From: a virus
Length of the DNA: 6,005 nucleotides
Virus record (IMG/VR): IMGVR_UViG_3300020030_000088
Coordinates: 1-6,005 of that record
Reading direction: 5' to 3' (one strand)
A program made the translations under genes and the position numbers. Of the stretch, positions 1-5,588 are shown piece by piece (within the stretch, counting starts at the first letter, position 1; the number at the start of each line of letters is the position of its first letter). The notes beneath the pieces were generated by a model that was given only the letters and a program-made list of their open reading frames with translations, made no database searches and was not told where the DNA came from.

Positions 1-78
1 GCAGCTTTGCGTTTTTTAAAGAGATCTCGTGATCAGAACCCCAATTTAAAGTTCGACTGTCTTGAATCTTTGTTTTAA
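1..78 (+). CDS. 3' end (25 codons plus stop) of the 65-aa small basic protein gene. Duplicate of 5885-5962.
   Basis: Frame 1 reads AALRFLKRSRDQNPNLKFDCLESLF-stop, identical to the C-terminus of ORF 5765..5962. The 5' part lies at the other end of the circle. Confidence 0.75.
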   Translation, partial: AALRFLKRSRDQNPNLKFDCLESLF

Positions 79-121
79 TCATGGCCTGCCAGTCTCCTAT
101 ATGGATTAGAAACCGTCGTTA
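1..121. repeat. Terminal redundancy, copy 1. Identical to 5885-6005, the signature of a circular 5884-nt genome linearised with overlap.
   Basis: Base-by-base comparison shows 1-121 equals 5885-6005 with no mismatch. The identity runs to both window edges at an offset of 5884. Confidence 0.95.
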
Positions 122-1151
122 TTACGACAAGAAGAACCCTTCTCGTCTTGGTTCTGATGTTGCGTGCTCTGCGCTTGCGCTTCGCCCCTGGGATGTTTCT
201 CGCCAGTGGCTTATGGTTCCTTGTGGTAAGTGCGAGGATTGCCTTCGCCGCCTTCGCAACGATTGGTTTGTTCGTATAGAGCGTGAGTTGGCTCGGTGCA
301 AGGCCGAGTCCCGGCAGGCCATTTTTATTACTATCACTATTAATCCCGTCCATTATCAGGACGCACTTCTCGACCCTTCTTCATTTGTACGCAAATGGAA
401 TGAGCGAATTCGACACAAGATTGGTCATTCTTTTAAACATTGCTTCTTCCAGGAGTTTGGAGTTCATCCGGAGATTGGATCTGAACCCCGTTTGCATTTT
501 CATGGGTTCCTTTTTGGAACGGATGTTTTGTATAATGAAATCCGGTCGGCGGTTTCTGACCTTGGATATGTATGGCTTTCGAAAGCTACGCTTAAGCGTG
601 CTCGATATTGCGTTAAATATGTTGTTAAACAGATTGGCTTTGATCTCGATCAGATTAAAGACCGTTATGTTACTGTAGATGGAAAATTACAATCTCTTTC
701 TTCCCTTCTTGAACACAGGCGCTATACCCGTAAGTTTGTCAGCCCTGGTGTGGGTGATTTCCTTGGCTATAAGCCTTGCCCTTCTGTACATGTTGCGTCT
801 TGGTCTTATATGGACGCTTCGAAAGGTGTCGTATATAATTACGCGATCCCTCGATACTACAATCGCTATCTTAAACCAGAAGACGAAAGACGAAAGGCCG
901 TATTGGCTGCTGATGCGTATTCACGTTTCAGCAAGTCTCCTTTGGTGCGTCGTATCGTGTCTCTGTGTGTTGCATCTTTCCTTCCCGCTGCCTCCGTATC
1001 CGGTCGAGATACATACACCTGGGAGCAGAAGCAGGTAATGAAATTTCGTGCCTCAAAGCGCAAGATGCCTGATCTGGATCCTCCGACCTTTCTGGATGAG
1101 GACATCTTGCGTTTTTGGCGTGATGAGTATAATCTTCAACTAATTATTTAA
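81..1151 (+). CDS. VP4: Replication initiation protein (Microviridae VP4, HUH rolling-circle endonuclease), 356 aa
   Basis: RCR motif I-like AIFITITIN. HUH motif LHFHGFLF with H139/H141 at nt 495-503. Paired catalytic tyrosines YCVKYVVKQ with Y176 at nt 606-608 and Y180 at nt 618-620, the same YxxKY arrangement as phiX174 gene A protein. N-terminal Cys cluster CGKCEDC is typical of microviral VP4. The gene sits directly upstream of the capsid gene, with its stop 2 nt before the VP1 ATG. Confidence 0.9.
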   Translation: MACQSPIWIRNRRYYDKKNPSRLGSDVACSALALRPWDVSRQWLMVPCGKCEDCLRRLRNDWFVRIERELARCKAESRQAIFITITINPVHYQDALLDPSSFVRKWNERIRHKIGHSFKHCFFQEFGVHPEIGSEPRLHFHGFLFGTDVLYNEIRSAVSDLGYVWLSKATLKRARYCVKYVVKQIGFDLDQIKDRYVTVDGKLQSLSSLLEHRRYTRKFVSPGVGDFLGYKPCPSVHVASWSYMDASKGVVYNYAIPRYYNRYLKPEDERRKAVLAADAYSRFSKSPLVRRIVSLCVASFLPAASVSGRDTYTWEQKQVMKFRASKRKMPDLDPPTFLDEDILRFWRDEYNLQLII

Positions 1152-1153
1152 TT

Positions 1154-2968
1154 ATGGGAAAACAGCCCTTTGTTTCACATGTTGTGAATGGCTATTCTCG
1201 CTACGATGTTCCCGAGAATAAGGCCTTTACGTGCACGCCGGGTATTTTGTATCCGGTGCGTATTGATTTTATTAACGCCCGTGACCGCGTTTCTATCGAG
1301 CAGGGTATTGATGTTCGCAGTAATCCTCTTGCTGTTCCGACATTCAACCCTTACACTGTTCGTCTTCATCGTTTCTGGGTGCCATTGCAGTTGTATCACT
1401 CGGAGATGCGCGTCAACTCATCGAAGTTTGATATGAATTCTCTTTCGACGAATTGGATACCGGCTTCCATTAATACAGATCCCAATTTGGGTGCCTCGAA
1501 GACTGGCTACCCTAATAGCCTGCTTTCCTGGCTTCGTGTTTCGAATCGCGTTCTCAACAAGGATTCTAGTACAGCTACCTACCAGTCGCAGACTCTTCCC
1601 TCTCCCCTGGATAATCAGCGTTGGGTTAATGCTGACCCGTATCTCGCTTATTGGGATATTGTTCGCAATTATTATAGCTACTCGCAGTGGTCTCTATTCT
1701 CCATGGCTTGGCCGGCTTCTTGGTCTATTTTTAATACCAGTGATGCGCCTGGTACTGTTGATCTTACCACCGTTTTTTCTGCCGAGTCGAGTTATTTTTC
1801 GCAGACTTACGCTAACCTCGAATTCCTTGACGCCTATTTTGAAAGTCAATTCTACCCCTCGGCCGTTGTTTCATCCAACAACACGTTTAATCGTTCGAAT
1901 TTGTTCTATCAGCTGATAAATTCTCAAATCCGCAGCTCTTCGGGTGTTGACTCCTCGGGTTATCCTGTTTGGTCTGATCCTCTTACTATGAGTTCATCGG
2001 ATTTCACCGGCGATCGCCCCGCTTCGCAGGTTTCGACCTCCGGTAGTGCTACTAACGTCGTTACTCCTATTGGGCTGTTCCTTTCAGCTCATCCGATGGC
2101 TGTAGTGCCCTCAAACCCTGATCGATTTAGTCGTCTTATTCCTACGGGTTCAGCGTCTGCCGTTTCGATGGCCGGCGTGTCTACTATCCCGCAGCTGGCC
2201 ATTGCTTCGCGTCTTCAGGAATATAAGGACCTTCTCGGAGCCGGCGGTAGTCGTTATAGCGATTGGTTGGAAACGTTCTTCGCCTCAAAGATTGAGCACG
2301 TTGACCGTCCTAAACTCTTATTTTCGGCTTCGCAGACTGTTAATGTTCAGGTTGTCATGAATCAGGCTGGAAATGGTAATTTCAGTACCGAAGAAGGCTT
2401 TCCTCCTCTTGGTCAGCAAGGTGGTGCTATTGCTTTCAATACTAGGCTCGGTCGCCGCCAGTCGTATTATTTCCGTGAGCCCGGCTATTTGATTGACATG
2501 TTGAGTATTAGACCTGTTTATTACTGGTCGCAAATTCGTCCTGATTATCTGAATTACCAGGGCCCTGATTACTTCAACCCTATTTATAACGATATTGGGT
2601 ATCAGGACGTTCCCGTTTACCTTCTTGGTCCCGCGGGCCATACTGTTTCGACTTCTACTCTTTCGACCGAACCTTGCTTTAATGAGTTCCGCAGCAGCTA
2701 TGATGAGGTTCTAGGTCAGATCTCTCGTTCGAATGGTTTTGGTACTTCAGCCTCTGTTTATTCTTATTGGGTGCAGCAGCGTGGTCTTCCTGATTTTGTT
2801 AATAATACCGACACTGTTTATTATCCGTTCCTTTTTGTGGATATGTCGCAGGTAAATTCCCCTTTCGCTTCTAACGTAGAGGACAATTTCTTTGTTAATA
2901 TGTCTTACGCCGTCCAGAAGAAGAATCTTATAAATAAAACCTTTGCAACTCGTTTGTCTAATCGCTAA
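1154..2968 (+). CDS. VP1: Major capsid protein (Microviridae VP1 / F-protein family), 604 aa
   Basis: Largest ORF, of a size typical for non-phiX microviral capsid proteins. The N-terminal pattern TPGILYPV...RSNPLAVPTFNPYTVRLHRFWVPLQLY resembles the conserved G-x-L-x-P ... R-x-x-P ... F-x-VP block of VP1/F proteins. Strong third-position T/C codon bias. Its shadow ORFs behave as expected for a real gene. Confidence 0.9.
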   Translation: MGKQPFVSHVVNGYSRYDVPENKAFTCTPGILYPVRIDFINARDRVSIEQGIDVRSNPLAVPTFNPYTVRLHRFWVPLQLYHSEMRVNSSKFDMNSLSTNWIPASINTDPNLGASKTGYPNSLLSWLRVSNRVLNKDSSTATYQSQTLPSPLDNQRWVNADPYLAYWDIVRNYYSYSQWSLFSMAWPASWSIFNTSDAPGTVDLTTVFSAESSYFSQTYANLEFLDAYFESQFYPSAVVSSNNTFNRSNLFYQLINSQIRSSSGVDSSGYPVWSDPLTMSSSDFTGDRPASQVSTSGSATNVVTPIGLFLSAHPMAVVPSNPDRFSRLIPTGSASAVSMAGVSTIPQLAIASRLQEYKDLLGAGGSRYSDWLETFFASKIEHVDRPKLLFSASQTVNVQVVMNQAGNGNFSTEEGFPPLGQQGGAIAFNTRLGRRQSYYFREPGYLIDMLSIRPVYYWSQIRPDYLNYQGPDYFNPIYNDIGYQDVPVYLLGPAGHTVSTSTLSTEPCFNEFRSSYDEVLGQISRSNGFGTSASVYSYWVQQRGLPDFVNNTDTVYYPFLFVDMSQVNSPFASNVEDNFFVNMSYAVQKKNLINKTFATRLSNR

Positions 2969-2980
2969 ACTGCTGATATT

Positions 2981-3277
2981 ATGGCACTTGATTGGTTACT
3001 TGAGGACGCGCCTGCGTATGTCTCGCGTGGTCAGCGTATTTTATCCGTCCTTGATGGATCCGGCTCCGTTGATGTTCTTCCCGGCCGCCCCGACGTTGAG
3101 GCTACCTCGTCGGATTTTGATAAGGGTGAAAAATTTGATCCCGACATCGACTTCGACCCTAATTCGTTTTCTCGTATGGATAAGTTCGACGGCCTTGAAG
3201 TCGGTCAGGAACTTATTGATTCCCAGCTTGATGCAGGCAAGCCCTCTTCGAGCTCGTCGTCAACTGAAGAAAAATAG
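2981..3277 (+). CDS. Small, highly acidic protein (98 aa) with a C-terminal Ser run. Possibly an internal scaffolding-like (VP3-like) protein, but function unproven.
   Basis: ATG 12 nt after the VP1 stop, with the same codon bias as the core genes. D/E-rich composition (for example DFDKGEKFDPDIDFDPNSF) ending in KPSSSSSSTEEK. The position next to VP1 matches where gokushovirus-type genomes carry small structural or scaffolding genes. I recognise no specific motif. Confidence 0.6.
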   Translation: MALDWLLEDAPAYVSRGQRILSVLDGSGSVDVLPGRPDVEATSSDFDKGEKFDPDIDFDPNSFSRMDKFDGLEVGQELIDSQLDAGKPSSSSSSTEEK

Positions 3278-3307
3278 TACTATCTTTACTTGACGATATA
3301 TGTTACG

Positions 3308-3386
3308 TGCGCGGACCCCTTCTGTGGAGAGTTCGTGAATCCGCAAAGGTTCCCGGGTACCGACTGCAGGAGGGCCGCGTATTTTT
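3308..3386 (+). terminator. GC-rich branched stem-loop (island A) followed by a T5 tract. Candidate intrinsic terminator or ssDNA/RNA structural element.
   Basis: Outer stem 3308-3314 pairs with 3375-3381 (tgcgcgg/ccgcgta, one G-T pair). After bulged a3315, 3316-3318 pairs with 3372-3374 (ccc/ggg). Inner stem 3322-3327 pairs with 3364-3369 (ctgtgg/ctgcag, two G-T pairs). Apical hairpin 3337-3341 pairs with 3348-3352 (gaatc/ggttc) with loop cgcaaa. The 3' half of the outer stem is followed by a-ttttt (3382-3386). By hand count the 3306-3380 core is about 65% G+C in an otherwise T-rich genome. It lies at the end of the ORF65-VP4-VP1-ORF98 gene block. Confidence 0.45.
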
Positions 3387-3473
3387 CTATCGTTCTTTAA
3401 TGTTTTATGGAGGTCGCCTCTATCTAACTTATTGACCTTAAGTTTATTATTTTTTTTTAAATTTATTGCTGCA

Positions 3474-3659
3474 ATGAAGTTTAAAGATCTTATTCACTCC
3501 AAGAAATTTTGGACTCTGGTTGCCGCTGTTGTCGCTGCTCTTTCGGCGTTCTTCTTGTCCTCGTGTTCTGCACAGGCTAAAGTTTATCGTTATGGTGTTC
3601 ATATTGACACTGTTCGTGTAGACTACATTATTCGTTCGAACAACTATAGCCTTCCCTAG
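3474..3659 (+). CDS. Small predicted lipoprotein (61-aa precursor, about 31-aa mature peptide), function unknown
   Basis: MKFKDLIHSKK (basic n-region), then FWTLVAAVVAALSAFF (hydrophobic h-region), then the lipobox L-S-S-C with Cys31 at nt 3564-3566. This fits the generic bacterial lipoprotein signal pattern. ATG 3474 is preferred over the track's TTG at 3432. The stop (3657-3659) is 1 nt before the VP2 ATG (3661). An in-register antisense shadow ORF and the shared codon bias support coding. Confidence 0.7.
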   Translation: MKFKDLIHSKKFWTLVAAVVAALSAFFLSSCSAQAKVYRYGVHIDTVRVDYIIRSNNYSLP

Positions 3660-3660
3660 T

Positions 3661-4923
3661 ATGCAGCTCATTGACTTTAAAAGTTACGTCGAGCCTGTTT
3701 CTACGGGTGCTATGCTCGGTGCTGCTGCCCTTTCCGCTGGCGGCCAGGTTGCCTCTGGCCTTTTTAAACCATCTCTCAAGCGTCAGTGGAAGTATCAGCA
3801 GAAGCAGATGAAGCTCCAACAGCAGTACGCTTTGGAACAGATGCAGAAACAAGGTGAAATTAATTATGCCAACTGGCAGAAGCAATTCGACTATGAGAAC
3901 GCCTATAACGATCCCTCGAAAGTCTTTGATCGCTACCTTAAAGCTGGTGTCACTCCTGCTGCTGTCCTTGGGTCCTCTGGTGTTGGTGTTAATGCTACTA
4001 TGCCTGGTGGTTCTCCTGGCTCTGTAGGCGCTTCTGGCCCCTCTGGAGGTTCGTTTGATTTCTCCAGTCCTCTGCCTCCCGGCGTTGGTGCTGCTGCTGC
4101 TGGAACTGCTCTTGAGGCTATGAATGTCAATGCATCCATCGAGCGCAACAAAGCCGCTGCCAACCTTGATAACGCTCAAGCCGAGGACATTCGCAATAAG
4201 ATGCCTACCAAGGAGCAGGGTCAGGCCCTTATCGAGCTTGAGAAGCAGTTGAAACAGGCTAACATCAACAATCAATCTGCGCTCGCCTCTTATTACGGCG
4301 AGTTGGCTATCAATCAAGAGGCTTACAATCGGTATGCCGACCTTGCCGCTACCTATGATTTTCAGCGCATTGTTGCCGCTTATACTGAACAGGTTGAACG
4401 CACGAGGCGCATTCGTGCCGAGAATGATGCCGAGATTCCTCTTTTGGACCAGTCTGCTGCTGCTAATCTTGCTTATCTCCGTGCTCTTGCCTCCGCCTCT
4501 AATGCTGCTGCTCGCGAGTCTTGGAGTCGTTCCGGTCTTCTTGACCTTCAGCAGAGCGATATGCAGCACATGTTTGAGGTGACTTGGGATACCCCCGTTA
4601 AGGTTCCTCTTGTTGACGATAAGGGCAAGCCTACTGGTGAGTACGAGGAAATTACCGGTCGCGAGTATTATTCTTATCTTCATGGTCTTGAGCTTGGCGA
4701 GATGCGGCAGAGTCTTTCTGGTAATTGGTTTCAGATTCGTAAGAACAAGAACGCTCTTTTCTATGATGTCACGAAGTCCTTCGCTACTGCTGCAGGTGTG
4801 TATGCAGCATCAAAGTCCGGTGGTTCTTCTGCGTCGGAAACCATGACTGAACGTTATGGCCCTGATGGTGATTTTATCGGAGGCACTCGCGTTACTCGAT
4901 CTCAAATAGGGAAAAAGCGATAA
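3661..4923 (+). CDS. VP2: Minor capsid / DNA pilot protein (Microviridae VP2, H-like), 420 aa
   Basis: An N-terminal hydrophobic Gly/Ala segment is followed by a Q/K-rich helix. The block YENAYNDPSKVFDRYLKAGVTPAAVLG matches the conserved VP2 signature (aromatic-x-N-x-x-N-S/D-P ... R-x-x-x-AG-L/V-N/T-P). A Gly/Ser/Pro/Ala low-complexity linker and a long predicted coiled-coil region follow. It is the second-largest ORF, as expected for VP2. Confidence 0.8.
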   Translation: MQLIDFKSYVEPVSTGAMLGAAALSAGGQVASGLFKPSLKRQWKYQQKQMKLQQQYALEQMQKQGEINYANWQKQFDYENAYNDPSKVFDRYLKAGVTPAAVLGSSGVGVNATMPGGSPGSVGASGPSGGSFDFSSPLPPGVGAAAAGTALEAMNVNASIERNKAAANLDNAQAEDIRNKMPTKEQGQALIELEKQLKQANINNQSALASYYGELAINQEAYNRYADLAATYDFQRIVAAYTEQVERTRRIRAENDAEIPLLDQSAAANLAYLRALASASNAAARESWSRSGLLDLQQSDMQHMFEVTWDTPVKVPLVDDKGKPTGEYEEITGREYYSYLHGLELGEMRQSLSGNWFQIRKNKNALFYDVTKSFATAAGVYAASKSGGSSASETMTERYGPDGDFIGGTRVTRSQIGKKR

Positions 4924-4951
4924 ATTTAACAATTTTGTGGACATTTTGATC

Positions 4952-4982
4952 TTTGTTTTTCGCTGCAGTGCACTTATATTTG
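4952..4982 (+). promoter_or_regulatory. Bacteroides-type promoter (-33 TTTG, 19-nt spacer, -7 TAnnTTTG)
   Basis: TTTG at 4952-4955, a 19-nt spacer, then TATATTTG at 4975-4982, an exact match to TAnnTTTG. It lies in the 83-nt gap after VP2, about 25 nt upstream of the ATG at 5007. The consensus is recalled from published Bacteroides fragilis promoter analyses. Confidence 0.55.
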
Positions 4983-5006
4983 CATAAACCTTTAAACCAA
5001 GACATT

Positions 5007-5252
5007 ATGACACGCAATTCTAAAATTTTCGTTAATCAGTTCATTTCTTTCCTTGTTGCACATCAGGCTTTTGATTGGTACGTAACAAACTTTATCGCCA
5101 GCTTTCCTCGTATGCCGTTGGATCAGTTTGTTGATACGACTGTAATCGATTGTTGGCTTGTCTGCGCCTTCGATTTTGGTAAAACTCCTGAAGGCCATGA
5201 TTTTTGGTTCCGCCTTAACAATGAATGGCGTGCAATTGCGAGACATTTTTAA
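5007..5252 (+). CDS. Hypothetical protein, 81 aa (Trp/Phe-rich, motif FGKTPEGHDFWFRLNNEW)
   Basis: ATG at 5007 lies downstream of the predicted promoter. The track's TTG start at 4953 would sit inside the promoter, so it is rejected. Codon bias matches the core genes, and an in-register antisense shadow ORF (4992..5246) is present. I recognise no family with certainty. Confidence 0.6.
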   Translation: MTRNSKIFVNQFISFLVAHQAFDWYVTNFIASFPRMPLDQFVDTTVIDCWLVCAFDFGKTPEGHDFWFRLNNEWRAIARHF

Positions 5253-5264
5253 TTTTTATAAATT

Positions 5265-5588
5265 ATGACTTCTATCCATTTTTGTTTTCGCCGTATTAAT
5301 CCGGCTCTCTCTATCGATCTCTGTTCTATAGGCACTGTCGTTGAGGACCATTTCGTTCCTCTCGATGACGCCCGTCTTGACGCTCTTAAGCGTTGGATGG
5401 AATCTCTCAATCTCGGCGATTTCATTTGTCGTGATACTATTAGCACCGAATCCTATGTTCACCATGACCGGATTAGCTCTTTCCTTAATGCTTTTCCCGT
5501 CAAATCGGTCGATTTCTTCCAGGATTCGCTTATCGTTGTTGTAGAACTTACACTTGATGGACATGTCACGCCGTCGGAAGAAAAGTAA
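5265..5588 (+). CDS. Hypothetical protein, 107 aa
   Basis: ATG with an AT-rich upstream context like all other starts. About 85% pyrimidine at codon position 3, and the same preferred codons (cgt, ctt, gat, gtt, tct, tcg) as VP1. It also produces both diagnostic shadow ORFs: a hydrophobic +1-frame ORF (5341..5544) and an in-register antisense ORF (5256..5624). No recognisable domain. Confidence 0.6.
   Translation: MTSIHFCFRRINPALSIDLCSIGTVVEDHFVPLDDARLDALKRWMESLNLGDFICRDTISTESYVHHDRISSFLNAFPVKSVDFFQDSLIVVVELTLDGHVTPSEEK

Noticed and set aside
679-1038. Hydrophobic, transmembrane-looking overlapping ORFs inside core genes, which could be hidden phiX174 E-like lysis genes. They are 283..678, 679..1038, 1188..1436, 1491..1916, 2943..3293, 4334..4582, 4610..4846 and 5341..5544.
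   Set aside because: All eight lie in the same relative frame, with start offset from the host gene equal to 1 mod 3. In that frame the second codon position is the host gene's T-rich third position. This automatically yields Leu/Phe/Ile/Val-rich peptides and few stops, since all stop codons have A or G at position 2. They are a compositional artefact unless conservation shows otherwise.
3288-3315. dif-like Xer recombination site, a candidate attP for the integrase-less lysogeny proposed for Bacteroidetes microviral proviruses. Here ttgacgatatatgttacgtgcgcgg resembles the reverse complement of the E. coli dif XerC arm (TTATGCGCACC). A second candidate is 641-668, GATCAGATTAA-AGACCG-TTATGTTACTG.
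   Set aside because: The first needs a 2-nt insertion inside the arm and has a poor second arm. The second matches only 6/11 and 8/11 positions and lies inside the Rep coding sequence. I do not know the Bacteroidota dif consensus well enough to score either, and no flanking host DNA is present. This is worth a proper profile search but is not supportable by eye.
3326-3352. tRNA-like T-loop resemblance (gagttcgtgaatcc compared with GGTTCGAATCC) in island A, and tcgaatcg at 5735-5742 in island B.
   Set aside because: No flanking 5-bp T-stem, no 7-bp acceptor stem, and no anticodon arm of correct geometry could be drawn. The helices present (14 bp, 10 bp) do not fit a cloverleaf.
3409-3434. GGAGG (3409-3413) as a Shine-Dalgarno sequence for the TTG at 3432.
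   Set aside because: The 18-nt spacing is too long. The GGAGG is sequestered in a small hairpin (gagg-tcg-cctc, 3410-3420), and no other gene in the genome uses an SD.
3432-3473. N-terminal extensions from the TTG starts given in the ORF track (3432 for the 75-aa ORF, 4953 for the 99-aa ORF).
   Set aside because: The internal ATGs at 3474 and 5007 give, respectively, a canonical signal peptide starting MKFK and a start downstream of the predicted promoter. The 4953 TTG lies inside the -33 TTTG element itself.
3628-4683. Long minus-strand ORFs: the 351-aa ORF antisense to VP2, plus 75..353, 1175..1399, 2318..2641, 3447..3671, 4992..5246 and 5256..5624. Some have quite protein-like K/E/N/I-rich translations.
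   Set aside because: Each one is exactly in register with the + strand gene it overlaps. The start offsets are 33, 6, 21, 1164, 15, 39 and 9 nt, all divisible by 3. The + genes avoid A-ending codons (third position is mostly T or C). The antisense in-register frame therefore almost never meets TTA, CTA or TCA, which read as stops on the other strand, and it stays open as a shadow. Microviridae transcribe one strand only. The + frame of 5265..5588 uses the same preferred codons as VP1, so the 122-aa antisense ORF there is also treated as a shadow. Ribo-seq or proteomics could overturn this.
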